Positions 1-13,470 of a DNA stretch of 64,000 nt are shown piece after piece. Origin of the DNA: Balanoglossus misakiensis (lineage: Eukaryota; Animalia; Hemichordata); NCBI GenBank assembly GCA_040954595.2, contig CM082583.2:3667060-3731059 (forward strand). Direction: 5' to 3'. Position 1 is the first letter of the stretch. Each line of letters opens with the position of its first letter. Made by a program: the position numbers and the translations under genes. The notes below the pieces were generated by a model. The model ran no database searches. It worked only from the letters and a program-made list of their open reading frames with translations, and had not been told where the DNA came from.

Positions 1-886
1 GACTTCACGTTTCAGCTGAACTTTCTTCCGGGTTTTCGGGAGGATCAGAGCTGACCGCAGATTGATACAGAGAATTTTAGTCCTACTGATTATTTTTTAC
101 TTGGACGAAGAAGTTACTATCGTCACGCAAACCAACTTGTATGCAGAGACTCACATCTACACGCCCAATGTTCTCAAGCAGTCGGGTGATCACTGCAATT
201 TGCCACAAAACTATCTCTCTCAGCACAGCTATACGGTTCAAACTCTTCTGTCGTATTTATTTCAACAACACAAATTCAGAATACAACACAGCAGTTTGGT
301 ACGTCATCTCTAACCTACACTGCTAATTCTCATCTCAATCTCTAAAAAAAGTTCAACAGACGGGATACACTGCAACCCGCGGCACTAGGAACGGCAAAAT
401 TCACGTCTCTGCTTCACAGGAATCTACCGACCTGAAGTGGGAGGAACCCAGTTCGTTCAAGCGTGAATGTCCCGGTCAGAGGTAGCTACGTCGAGCTTCG
501 TAGAGCAGCGTTCGACACGCTTAACAACTCTCCTCATCTGTGCTCAAGTCTCCTACCCCTTTCTGTTTACGTCTCGCAACACGCACTACTTCAATTGCGC
601 AATTGGGATGGGGTGCCTCTTTGTCTACTAAATTGTAACGTTGTTACACCTCTTCAGATAACGTGCTGCTGGCATCAAAGAAATACCATGTTGCTGGTTT
701 GGCCGCTGTCGCTACCAAATTGAAAGTTGTAGTAAGCATGGAAATAAAAATACAGGCTTCTCTAGTTTGATTTGGTTGAATTAAAGTAAGGACGAGTCTG
801 GTCAGCAATTCATGGAGGCCACAGTCTTTACATGGTTTCACAGGCTTTTTTATGACCACAGAGATGAAGTGATCAGATGTAATAAA

Positions 887-976
<90 letters not shown>
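887..976. repeat. (TGT)30 trinucleotide microsatellite
   Basis: Perfect TGT/TTG run of 90 nt; it produces the spurious poly-Cys ORF 812-1048. Confidence 0.98.
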
Positions 977-2019
977 AAGAAAAGATTTATTACCTGTTGG
1001 GCATCACTATCCTGTCTGGTATCAAAGCTCCATCTAATTCATATTTAGAGTCCTAGACATTTTAATGTATAGATCATCATGAGTTAGTGTCCTACAATAA
1101 ATGATAAATGATTATTAACACATGCATCTCACAGAAAAGGTTCTGTTGGCACAGTTTCCATAAATTGTCTGAATGGCATTGTTAGATATATAAATTTGGC
1201 TTGAAACTATTATGGGTGCACTGTTTGGCAATCACTTCCTGGTAATGGATCATTTTGGTTGCTGAACATCTTGTAACAAATCCTTACTACTGAAACTAAT
1301 CTTCAAATACCTGAAATATAAAAAAAGAAAACAACGTTATGCTATATGTTTCTTTAAAAAGTAGCATTTCAAAATCAGGATAATTACAGAACTTCACACT
1401 GTCTGCTCCAGTTGAAGATATTTCCAAGGAAACAGCATATTTCTGATCCAATTCCCAAGTATCTGCCATACCTAGTTGAAAATCCTGAGAACTGCACACA
1501 CTAACCCTGCTGAACAAATCTCATGCTCGACATCAGAAGATTAATTCATTAAAACCAAATGAAACTAACATTTAAAAATTGTGCACTCCATCACCAAAGA
1601 AAACAATCCCGGGGATTCCAAAACAGTCCATGAGGAGTATCTCAGTCAAAACCAATATTCTTTTACTTGAAATATTCATGAAATTGATTGATGAACAACT
1701 AGTCTGTTACTATGCCTGCAGATATATCAACCTGACCGAGTGTGGCAATATCACAATCACAATCAGAACATGTCCAGTAATCAAAGAAATCCTCACATCC
1801 AGATCAGTGCATCCATTGAATACATGATCCATGTTTAAAACTTCACATCATTGCACTGATTCTGTGTTTCCTCTGGAAAGGGGTCACATTGGTAGTGATT
1901 TGCTCCAGCTTCAAGAAAATGGTTGTGCTGGAGAAGCCTGCAATGCATTGGTGCAACACTAGTTCCGGGGCCCCTAGTCTTTTGCTTGGGACATTTTCGT
2001 AAATTTTGACGGTTTTCTT

Positions 2020-2217
2020 GAGTTCGTTAGTAATGGAAATAACCGACTCTGCCCTGACCATTAATTAATGTTTGTTTATGGGCGAGGGCTCAAGGAAAGC
2101 GACCAAAATTCATGGGCTCTGAAGCCTCGCCCATGAATTTTTGGCTTTCCCCTCGCCCATGCCCATAAACAAACGTTAATGGTCAGGGCATCGTCCATTA
2201 TTTCTATACTAACTCTC
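2020..2217. mobile_element. Palindromic (foldback) non-autonomous repeat
   Basis: Imperfect inverted arms ...gccctgaccattaa..tgtttgtttatgggc...aaaattcatgggc and gcccatgaatttt...gcccataaacaaacgttaatggtcagggc flank a short loop near 2120. Confidence 0.65.
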
Positions 2218-2829
2218 AATGAATCGAAAGCTGTATATACCGACACGAGTGCTGATTGGATGACAAAGCATTCTTTAATATATTAATGCACTAAATATTA
2301 TCCAATGTGTATTATAAGGACAACACTACAATGTGCCTGTACCAGAAGACAGTTCCAGAGTCATTTATCCAATGTTTTAATATGAATTTGGCTAATTTGT
2401 GATCGTGTGAGAAATATAATCTCACACACCAAGGACCTGGGAGCATACATGTATTTCTCACACTCGTTCGTCCCTAACTCAGCAAGTACGTGCACAGAAA
2501 ATCCCCAACTCAGAGGTATGTACAGGTGCCTCAGACGGCTATCTGCGACCGAAAGAGCGAGTCGCACTTTTGTGGCAAGTCACTATCTGTGACTGTCTAC
2601 AATGGTATCTGCGACTAGTCACACATGGCATCTGCGACTGCCTCATGATATCTTACAAACAAGATGGAAGTTGTGAAGTTGTGGTCGAACGTTGATTCAC
2701 TATATATCCACATGTAGAATAACATAAACGGTGGCGAGTATCAAACATAATTAAAGAAAAAAGGGTAGTGAGAGAAAGACTGTCTTAGGTACTCTCATAC
2801 CAATTTTCAAATCAATATGACCAGGGGTT

Positions 2830-3950
2830 CGCAAGCCGCAGCATCAGTGAAGCTAATTGACCAATATCAAGACACAGTCAATCAGGTGTTCCATTATATC
2901 GAACTAATTACTGCGAGCCATGCAAGATGTTATCGACAGTACGGAGGTGAAATTGAAAAAGCCGACTCCTGTCCGATGGTTGTCTCTAAATGCTGCAGTT
3001 ACATTCATCGACAAGTGATGGCCTGCTCTATGTACCACGCTAGAAAATGACGCGACTAACAACGCGAAAGCTCCGGAATTCTCAACAAAGTGAAAGAATA
3101 TTCGTTCATCGCCGTTACCAATGTACTATTACTAGTAGATGTACTCCCCATAATCATGCGGGTCAGTAAGACTTTCCAAACTCAAAATCTCGATTTGTCC
3201 GTACCGCGAGTGATAATTAATATCGCGGTGGACAGTTTGACAGCAATGCGGGATGATAATTGCCTACTTACTCATTTATCCGAATTCAAAGATCATATTG
3301 AACGGCCAGGTGACGGACATGCCGCGGCCAGATTCAGAGATGTTGAAATGAGAGACTCTGGTAGATTACGACAAACACAATTTGACCATGCCGTACAAGC
3401 GTTCATCGATACACTGATCAAAAACATGAACACAAGGTTTCCCGCCGATACCCTTGACATTTTGACGGCGTTTGACATGGTTTTTGTTCAACCCGCGACG
3501 TTTGCCTGCCACTCAAAGGGAGATCGGTCAGCATGGCATAGCAGCTCTCCAGACGATCATCGACCATTACGGACATGACAACGATCTGTTCGATGCTGAA
3601 AATCTTCATGCTGATTTTCTCCAGTTCAAATACTTCGTCAACACACATCGGAATCTCCAATTCCCGGAATTTTGCGAGGAGTTAATTACAAATCACAGTG
3701 AAAACTTTCAAGAATTTGCGACAATTGCTGAGATTGCCCTTGCAGTACCACTGACCAGCGTTGAGTGTAAACGCAGATTTTCCTGCCAAAACTGTATCAA
3801 GTCAAAGTGTTCCGAAGTCATTTTGGTGAAGGCCGGCTACAATCCATTGAAGGACCAGACATGGCAATATTTGACTTCCGTAGAGCTAGGGAAATTGTCC
3901 TTTCCCAAAAACAAAGGCGTTAAAGAAAGAATATCGATGTACTGAAAGTT
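2830..3950 (+). pseudogene. Decayed hAT-superfamily transposase (ZNF862/hATC-like C-terminal half)
   Basis: Stitching frames gives KLKKPTPVRWLSLNAAV..*WPALCTTLE, ..VLPIIMRVSKTFQTQNLDL.., FIDTLIKNMNTRFP and FATIAEIALAVPLTSVECKRRFSCQNCIKSK. These match the RW(L)S motif and the hAT dimerisation motif P.(S/T)S..(C/S)ER.FS. An in-frame stop and at least two frameshifts are present. Confidence 0.85.
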
Positions 3951-4159
3951 TAACGTGCAGTCAAGTACTGCAGTAATTCCGCAATTAACGATGTAATCGG
4001 AATTTCTCTTGCTACATTTTGACTTTCGTGTTCACTAGTCTTTTTCTAAGCAGCGGTGTTTTGTAAATATTATTAATTGACGTTGTGTAAGCGTTCAATC
4101 GCGTATGTTTTTCCATACCATAAGATCCAAGGTCCTTGGGAGTGTGAGAGTCTCTTAAT

Positions 4160-4860
4160 CAGACAGTAGTATTACCATCAAATTTCAAGCAAGCATGTGC
4201 ACAAGACCACCAGGCTAAATCCACATCCTAAAAAGGATATTTCAATACCATAGGTCAGTCTTGAGCACGTCCTTACTCACAAGTCACAACCTAAATACAC
4301 CAAAACACACAATGTTTTTTTTAAAGCGCATGTTAATATGTTCAGAGAGCAATGTTTCCATTGTTTAACTGAACAAAAGATAGTCTAAGGGACACTGCTA
4401 TCTGACAGTAGTATTACCATCACATTTCAAGCAAGTATGTGCACAAGACCACCAGGCTAAATCCAAATCCTTAAAAAAGGATATTTCAATACCATAGGTC
4501 AGTCTTGAGCACGTCCTTACTCACAAGTCACAACCTAAATACACCAAAACAAACAAATTTTTTTTTTAAAGCGCATGTTAATATGTTCAGAGAGCAATGT
4601 TTCCATTGTTTAACTGAACAAAAGATAGTCTAAGGGACACTGCTATCTGACAGTAGTATTACCATCGCATATCAAGCAAGCATGTGCACAAGACCATTAG
4701 GCTAAATCCACATCCCTAAAAAAGGATATTTCAATACCCTAGGTGAGTCTTGAACCCATCCTTACTCACACAATCTACATAGCTAGGTACATCACACACA
4801 AAAATGTAAACATATTCAGAAAAAAGTTTCCATGGTTCAACTGAGCAAAATGTAGCTTTG
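4160..4860. repeat. ~244-bp tandem repeat, about 2.8 copies
   Basis: The unit gacagtagtattaccatc...gtgcacaagaccaccaggctaaatcc...aaaaggatatttcaatacc recurs at ~4162, ~4404 and ~4648. Confidence 0.92.
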
Positions 4861-4861
4861 G

Positions 4862-4942
4862 ATTAGGGTAAGTGTTAGCTTAGTGTTAGTGTTAGTGTTA
4901 AGGTTAAGGTTAGGGTTAGCGTTATTGTTAGGGTTAGGGTTG
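4862..4942. repeat. Degenerate TTAGGG-like interstitial repeat
   Basis: Run of ttaggg/ttagtg/ttaagg hexamers directly after the 244-bp tandem array. Confidence 0.7.
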
Positions 4943-5244
4943 GTCAGTCAGTTAGTCAGTTTGAATGGCTATTCAATGGTTATAAAGCTTCACAGAATAA
5001 CTCAATGGAGTGCGTACTAGAGGGCAGGTGACCATTTGCCAGACATCGTATGGTCACCTGGGTTTTAACACATTTTTCCCACAATTTTCACCACATGAGT
5101 ATATATCAACACTGTTATATTAGGTTATACCAGGATTTACGTCCGAGTACATCATGCAATGGAGGTATTGTCCAAGACGCACTATATAATACCGAAGTGT
5201 ACGATGTACGAGGATGTAAATCAGGGTATTTTGTGAATAACCTT

Positions 5245-5660
5245 ATATTTCAATACCATAGGTGAGGCTCAGTGTAAGTACATACATATGTACATCAAAA
5301 CACACACAAAAATTAAAAAAAAACATGTTCAGAAGTCAGAACAATGTTTCCATTGTTCAAATGAACAAAAGATAGACTAAGGCTGTGCTGTCCAACAGTA
5401 GTGTTACCAACTCAGGACATAAAAACAACTTTTATTTTAATTTAGGGGATCCAATTAAGACCTACTGTACAGTTTACATATCAAGCAAGCATGTGCACAA
5501 GACTACCAGGCTAAATCCACATCCTAAAAAGGATATTTCAATACCCTAAGTGAGTCTTGAACCCATCCTCACTCACACAATCTAGGTACATCAACACACA
5601 AAAATGTAAATATGTCCAGAAAAAATGTTTCCATTGTACAATTGAGCAAAATGGAGCTTT
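5245..5660. repeat. Further diverged copies of the 244-bp unit
   Basis: atttcaataccataggtgag (~5247) and catatcaagcaagcatgtgcacaagactaccaggctaaatccacatcctaaaaaggatatttc (~5477) match the 4160-4860 unit. Confidence 0.85.
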
Positions 5661-8600
5661 GGGGCAAGGCGGAATTAGCAAGGAGTGCGCATGGAAAATT
5701 AAGCCAATTAACTTGAATTTTGCCCAAACGAGCCTTTTATCTCCTTTCTTGTTGGTGTTTTTGAACTGATGAGTCTGGGTTGCAAGTTGACATAACTGTG
5801 TATACCATAAGAGTTTGATCAAACATGGCCATTTTTAAATGTGAATAAATGTGTGCACAGTCCAAATATGGATGATTGATGATTCCAAGACCCACTGTCA
5901 TGCAATAATTTAGTGCGGAGGGTGTGAAATCAATCAGTTGTGTTCAACTATTGATCAAGAATTGAAAAGGAGTAGCAAGTTACAGTGAAAACAAAGGTAG
6001 ACGCAAAGCAAAAGTACGGGAGGTGACAATCGAGCATATTGTTGCTCACTCACTAAGAATGCATCACACTGACCCATAAAGATTATTTTGTTGTGACAAT
6101 ACAATAATTATTGCGTCAAATGTTGCATGTTGGCTGAAACACTGGTCTGCTGATAAATTCTGATCATTTTTGACAAAATAGTGGGGAACATTCAACAAGC
6201 ATGCTAGTTGTCTTAGCATTGCCATAGTTGAGTGAGTCACCACCTGAAGATGATATCAAAAGCAGTAGAAATATTTTCATAGTTTACATATTCTTCATAG
6301 CTGGTTATACCAAAGGGACCACTTCTTCCTTGCTTGTTGGTGGTTTTTGTTTGGTTATTTGTCTGTGTATTTATTTGTTTTTATATGATTATAATAAAAT
6401 AAAGGGATTTATAAACACAAGCAAGCAAAACAGACTCTATGGGAAACTAGCACAAATATGCCCCATTAGGCCATTTCTCGCCCATCATACATTTCTACAT
6501 GGACGACTTGTGACCAATCACAGTGCAGCCTGCCAAATATGTTTTCAAAACTGTTAACCCTACAGAAGCTACAAAATTATGAATGCCATGTAGTTTTGGC
6601 AGAGTGTGTATGTATTCTGACAACCTGGCAATAAAGGTAAATTTCCACACCTTATCAATTTGTTTCGTCATTCATTGCTGTGAAACTTTCCCCTTCCATT
6701 GTGGCTCAAACATAAAGTTCAAACTCTACCACATTGTGAACAAAAGTGACTGCAACTTTATTAACATTCTAAACATCAATGGTGTGTAGTATTTTTTGGT
6801 TTAAAAAATGAGGGGAATGCATGATCAAGGACTGGGGTTTTATTTGATGCCAAGATTGTATCACCAAGTATTAAGTAATTGGCCTGCACATAATCTTTAA
6901 CAGGCAGTGTAGATTTTTTTTCTCTGCACCATCTGACAACAATTTGTTTCCCAAAAATCCCACATCATCCCCCTGAAGTAAATTGTTCTCCCGTAAGCGT
7001 GGAACCATTTAATATTCCGGAGGGGTCTGAAACATTTTGAAAGAAAAAGATTCCCAGCAAATGTCAATGAAAATAATTTCAGCCAGAGAAGGCTAATTGA
7101 AAAATAAGATGGCATACTTTTGGTGAAAGAAAAAAATCCATCAAAAGTTACTTTCTGGAACACACATGTATATAAATTTTCCGGGTGGCCTTTGGCACAA
7201 ACTGTGTCAGATAATATGCTTTGGTTCTTTGGCTAAAATCCATCAAAAGTTACAAAATATTCTTACATTCTAGTGCTATCAGGCTGTGACATGACACTGC
7301 AATGTGTTTCAGTGAATAAGGGGAAGAAAAAAACGAAAAAATGTCATTTAAAATTTGTGGTAAATGAAATGCTTCACATCGTGGTCCTAAACGGACAAAG
7401 TTTACACCGTTTGACATTATTGAAGTTTTTTTTTGCTTCAATAATTTATGTTGTCTTTTTGTTGAAATTATGCCAAATCATCATTCCAAAATATGACACT
7501 AGTATGTGGTCAGGCCATTTTTTCCTCTACAAAATAGTTGTGACGGTGTTGGAAAAAATTATCCTCCAAAAATGAGGAATACGAAAATGTCAGAAACCAG
7601 AGAGTGAAAAAAAATAATGACCGGTGGATCACGTACAAAAACACAACTGTATCTCATCCATCTTCCAGTACCCCCCCCCCCCCCCCCCGGATATCAAGTG
7701 GTCCGACCCCTAGCCCTAAGGACACCGGACATAAACATTTTCACACTTTTGGGGAACAAATGCTCAGAAATTTTGTCACGGACACCCCAGCTGGACATGC
7801 TATAGCGATAGTTTTAAACTTACTGACATCAATTTTCAGCTTTCCAACTGCACAGCTAATATCCCAGCACTGACGATGGATTACTGGAATGTAACGATCC
7901 GACTTTTTTATCCACGAAGTCCACGGGGGACGGCCATTTTGAATATTGCTGGGCATGACGTCATACATATAATTTCCTCGTGTCATCGTTGAGGGGGTCG
8001 ATAGCTGCATTTGGATTATCCACACACAGCCGCACATATATTTTTATAGTCACGACTACTGGGCTCAATTTTATGATTGTGAAGTAATATATATGTAATG
8101 CATTTTGTGATAATAACAATAAAATATATTTACTACCATTTTTACCCTGGACGATATCGACAAGCGTGTGTAGGTTTCAAACTTACACGCACCTTTTTGT
8201 CCCTTCATACATACAATCCCCTGTGACCCGTGCATATATGTCGTATTAAAATTGTGCTATATCTCGTGGTATACTCGCCCTTGTCGAGGATTATTGCTTT
8301 GATATTAATCGTCACTGTCGTGTACACTGTGGTAAATTTTCCCGAATTGTGATTAAGAGTTACTAACTTCTATTGATTAATCTATACGATTTAACTTAAC
8401 GCAGTTCTGGTGTAAAGGTAAAAATGAAGTCTGTCAGAACAGTTTTTTCAAGAGCAGAAATGAATAAAAAATTAGGTAAATGCAACTGACAACCAAGTGG
8501 TTACATTCTTGTCGTAGATTTTCACATCATACAGCCTGGTCTGTTGTGACTTCACAAATTACACGTTCAAAGTTCGTGTGGCAACGTCATCATGCAAAAA

Positions 8601-10204
8601 CAAGGTACAGGAAAAGCCAAATGTCGGACTTTTATCGGGCAGGTTTTGCAGTCCTGACAAAACATATTTGTATAGAGGAGGTTTTGATGGCTTGCTTTCA
8701 ATAATGTGTGACTGTGACATCATCAAAATCCATGATTCGCCAATGTACCCAATACCAAGATCGGCTGTTCCCGACACTGACTTTCTCCATGCAGAGAATA
8801 CCGTGTCACGCTGTGCGGAAAATTTGCTGACGTGGAAACGCTGAACAAATGAACAACACACATAAGTTGCTTGACAAACTTTCGAACTCTATCAGTCCTT
8901 CTGACAGGCATCGGTACTTCAAAAACCCAAAAGAACAGTTACACAAATCTCGGATACGGAAAACAAAACCGCAACGCAAAAGCCATCGCTGCTACCGTTT
9001 TCCTTGTGCGACAAAAGTACAACGTGATAGGCCACTCACGCAGGTGATCCAAATTGGCTTTTGTGCAAACTTTTTTTGCTAATTGAGTTGAGATTGGTTT
9101 TGAATCTTGTAAATACAAACAGATTTTCTATTTTCTGCCAGTGGACAGTGTTGTACCCAAAGTTCTCTGAAGCTCAGATGAGCAATGGAAACATTGCACT
9201 GAATGAGCTTTCATGTACCAGCTGGTGACTTTTAGTTTTCTGTTACAATGTGGGGGTGAGTCGACCAAAGGGGCGATCAGTTTTACAAAATGTGTGCTAT
9301 AGTCAAAAGTTTTTTGGGTATAAACATCAGTCAATCCTCATCAAAACATTTAGATATGTAAAGGAGAGATATCTAGCTTTTTTCAAGGGTAATCATTGTA
9401 AATTATGGCATTTTACAAACACTAGACAAAATCCAAATAAGCAAAAAACCTTCATCTCAACAACATTTGCCCTGACGTTGACTTCAAATGTTGAGGTTCA
9501 TTTTCAATGGAAAATGGTTGAATTAGGATCTTGTTTTTCTCTTGGTTTATTGACAAACTATAGACATCCAATGGCTTGGTGGTATTCTCTGGCATTGTTG
9601 ACCAGTTATGCAAAGTAGCTGACCATGCAGATGTCTGGTGGCCCTGCTTAGTGAGAACTCAGAATTTTATATCTGCTGGCCAAAAATTGTACAAATACGA
9701 CTTAATTCCGAATTGTATTTTTTGGTCAATCATGCCTCTGTATTCTTGTTTCTTGACGTGGGTAAAAACCATAAACAACCTTGTATATTTGGGTAGCAAG
9801 CAGGTGGAAATTTAACATAGTCCTTTGTGGGAGACTTACGTTATACACATGAGGACTAGAGAGAGGGTCACATTTAAGCACTTTGGGTACAGTTTGATAC
9901 AACCAAGCTGAGGTGGCATACTTGCATCTAAATTTAATATTCCCCTTTGTGCAAGGGTTACATTATACAAATTTGACTAATATAGAGGGAGGGTAACACT
10001 TATTAAGCTTTCTGCTACTGGGAGAGATCTCCATTTAAGATGACGGATTGACCGCAATTTCTCGTGGCTCCGCCCCTCAAATAAATGAAAGCTCTGTTAC
10101 AGCAACCAATTCATATTACTCATCCAGTCAGTGCAGACATATAAGACCACACATTTAAAAATATATTTTTTTATTTTTTAATAATTTGTGTACACATCTG
10201 CATC

Positions 10205-10670
10205 TGACTAAATAAATAAAATAAATAAATAAATATATACACTGAGTATTAAATAAACTAAAGAAATAAATGTATGCTAACTAAATCTACTATGCTAACT
10301 AATTAATAAACCTAATTAACTAACTACTAAACTTATACTAATTAACTAAGAACTGACTATTAACTAATTAATAAACCTAATTAACTAAATACTAAACTTA
10401 TACTAATTAACTAAGAACTGACTATCTACCTAACTACATAACTAACTAACTAAATACTTAACTAACTTACTAACTAACTGACTAACTAATGTATAATAAT
10501 AAACTAAACTATTCGAAAGTATGTACAAATACATATGTGCACTCACTCACTCACTCACTCACTCACTCACTCACTCACTCACTCATACAGACAGACAGAC
10601 GGACAGACAGACAGACAGACAGGCAGGCAGACGGACAGACAGACAGACAGACAAAACAAATAAACAAACA
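10205..10670. repeat. Compound low-complexity tract: (TAAA)n/(CTAA)-like, (CACT)n, (CAGA)n
   Basis: Microsatellite runs are directly visible, including a ~63-bp internal duplication at 10296-10425. Confidence 0.9.
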
Positions 10671-11329
10671 AATACAATTAAATGGGTGTCTCAAAGTGGG
10701 TATTACAGGGGGGGGGAGTCAGTTTTGGCCAAGACATGATCTGCAACCGATTCATGGTTACACATTTCATTGGAGGTTGCAATTGAAAGACAAGGTGCAA
10801 AGTAGTTTCTTTTGTTATGAAACAAAAGTTACATGAAAAACAGGTTTGATTTCCCATCCATGTATTGCAATCAAGTAAACAAGCTACGACAGTGTTCTGG
10901 TCAGGTTTTTCCCCCTTTTCGAACTACATGTATTACTCTTATCTTCTTGAGAAAACTCAAAAATGTTAAGTAACAACAAAATACAGCTTGTTGGAGAAAG
11001 AAGCTACAACAAAATGTTCCGTAAATGTTTGATTTTCTTATGAAACTGAACTGTTGTTCTTTTAAGGCCTGTTGCAGAATAAACCACAACTACAAATACT
11101 AAGTAAATGTCAGAAAAATTGCACATAAACTAAAGAAAGTATTCAAAAAATTGATTACAATCGAAGATGAAATAAAAGATTACAAACAATTGCCAGACAC
11201 TTTGCAGATTTGCCATTCAGGCAAATCCAGCCAAAGCAAGAGATGTCAAGCAAAGTGAGCAACTCTTACAAGTTGGAAAGTATACATTCAGACTGAATGT
11301 TTAACAGTGACTGATTGAATGTTGATGCC

Positions 11330-11830
11330 ATAGCATATTGGATGGTATTGTGAAATGTGTCATCTACATTGTGTTTCAATATAGCTCCCAGCAGTATTTA
11401 CTTTGCGTGAATTTCTCCAGGTCTTCAACCAATTTGTCAGTCTTGTGGGTCATTTGTGAGGTGCTATGATTAACCCCTGCAACTGTTAATCCAGCAGAGG
11501 CAATGTCATTAACAATGAATTGCACATGCATAACTGACTTAGAGGGCCCAGAGGGAAAACCAGTTTCATTCAAAAACCAAGAATAGCCAGTGCCTTGGGG
11601 GATCTAAACCATGGGATTTGCAACAATAACCAAGTTGTCCCCCTGATATCAATGCATCAGTAGAAGAATTCGAAACGCTTGGTGATAAAACTGCAGCAAA
11701 TATGCAACATGCAAATGAGAGTAGTACCTGTAATGACAGGAAGCCTTTGATGGTGTAATAAAATAAATTGGCAGAAGAATTATAAAAGATTTTCCCTGTG
11801 ATGCATCTTTGGAAATGATTGCTTGCGACA
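11330..11830 (-). repeat. Old repeat copy, inverted relative to 15100-15580
   Basis: Its reverse complement aligns by eye with 15100-15580, e.g. cattgttaatgacattgcctctgctggatt vs cattgttaatgacactgtctctactggatc, and tgacccacaa...ctgctgggagct...cacaataccatccaatatg. Confidence 0.75.
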
Positions 11831-12120
11831 GCATTCATTTTATGAAAATTTTCTTTTATGGATACCAAAATAGTGGTACTTAACGAATTTGACAACCTAT
11901 GAACAAGGGTTAATTCTCACTACCTAAGCCTTGAAACACAAATTCACCAAATGTTTGATAATAACTATACCAACAGTTCTTACAAAATATGTGCTCTTTT
12001 TTTTAAAGAAGTTCGACTCATCAAAGAGTGCATAAATATTGGTAGGCAGTCATACACATTGACACTTTTGTTTTAGTGTAAAGGCAAACTAACTTTTGCC
12101 AAATATTCAGAGGGTCTCAT

Positions 12121-12249
12121 GGACAGAAAACTTAGACATTACTGCCTGCTATTCAGGTTAGGGGTTAAAAGTTAGGGGTTAGATTGGGGTTATGGGGTTA
12201 AAGGTTAGGATTTGGAATAGAAGGCTGCAATGTTCAAGTGTAACTGTCC
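12121..12249. mobile_element. Short MITE-like element with internal TTAGGG(G)-like repeats
   Basis: Imperfect TIRs (ggacagaaaacttagacattactgcctgctattc and gaatagaaggctgcaatgttcaagtgtaactgtcc) enclose ggttaggggtt repeats. Confidence 0.6.
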
Positions 12250-12799
12250 TGAAAGCTGTCATCAGAGTATCTGTAGGCCTGCAAGGTCCTGACCAGTAGA
12301 CTGTGATAATATGTGATTTCTAGACTTGGGAACACTTGGGAACAATATACTTTTATCATACAAGTAACCAATTTACTTGCAACACATTGCAGGACGCTAC
12401 AATCTCTATTACAAATTTGGCTTTACACCATATGACAAAAGTGAACATGTGTGACTGCCAGATGCTGTTATTTTTCATTTGACAAATATACCAGGTCTCA
12501 TCGATGTTGTTGTAAACATTTCTTGTGTCTGTTTCAAGGTCAGATGAGGTGAGTTATAACACTTTGATTCATGGGTTGTGTGACTTTTGGAAACCCTCAC
12601 TCACATTGATGGAAGAATTTTATCTTAAAAAGAGTATACGTCAGTTGTCCCTAATAATAGCCTTTGTGTAAATTTCCCCTCTCTGAAGTGAGACAGAACC
12701 TATGAAATCATCTCCATAATGCAGATGTATGAGATAGCTGGTGAAATGATGTATGAGATAGCTGGTGAAGTGCTCAATGCATTCCCTTCACTGTCCTAA

Positions 12800-13470
12800 A
12801 GATGTGGAGGCAGTTAGGGATGAGGTGCATTGGCATCCTTCAGTCTTGAGAGACTCAATCATGATGGATCTGCATGCTGGGATGCTGGTCTAGATCTGGA
12901 ACAGCGTCAGGTGTGACTAGTCAATCCAATGACAGTCTCTCGGACCCTAAAGGAGGGTCTATTGGCCTTGCTTGATGCCTTCCTTCTGTGTCTCTTGACT
13001 TCGGACGTCTGGGCGAGTGTCTCTTCAATGTTGTAGAGGCTAACTTTGCCACCTGGCGGTCTGAGGCTCCAAAGAGTTTGTGTCGATGTCAAGGGCCTTC
13101 ATGTCTCTTTTGCAAACACCCCTGTGGTGTAACTATGGTCTGTCTTGGTCTGTTTCCCTTAAGTGTCAGTTCGCCGTACAGGAGGTCTTTTAGCTTCCGG
13201 ACATCATCCATGAGCACAACATGGCCAAGCCAATGCATGTGTCTCAGCTTCAGCAGACTGACTGTACATGCTGGAAATTCCAGCTCTTCAGGACAGTAGT
13301 ATTGGTAACTTTGTCCTAGCTGCCATTTCACTACCAGGATACGTCACAGGTAGCGCATGTGAAAGGCATTGAGCTTATGCTCCTCCTGGGTGGTCCAAGA
13401 TTCACTGCTGTACAGTACAAATTAAGGTACTCACAACACAAGCACTGCAGATGTGGACATTGGAGTCATA
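12800..13470 (-). mobile_element. 5'-truncated RTE-clade LINE (3' end of ORF, decayed)
   Basis: Minus-strand frames give LYSSESWT..EHKLNAFHMRYL.RIL.VKWQ, LRHMHWLGHVVLMDDVRKLKDLLYGEL and CKRDMKALDID. This is the diagnostic post-RT region of RTE/BovB-like elements, and it is frameshifted. Confidence 0.9.

Noticed and set aside
1-860. Possible LINE 5' region / ORF1 fragment
   Set aside because: No diagnostic motif could be confirmed by eye.
812-1048. Poly-cysteine ORF
   Set aside because: It is a translation of the (TGT)30 microsatellite with no splice or coding context.
8300-9080. Possible THAP/Kolobok-associated coding relic (KWLHSCRR, AVP, SDRHRYF)
   Set aside because: The motif matches are too weak and fragmented to call.
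10489-10836. ORFs with THSL/DRQT repeats
   Set aside because: They are translations of (CACT)n and (CAGA)n microsatellites.
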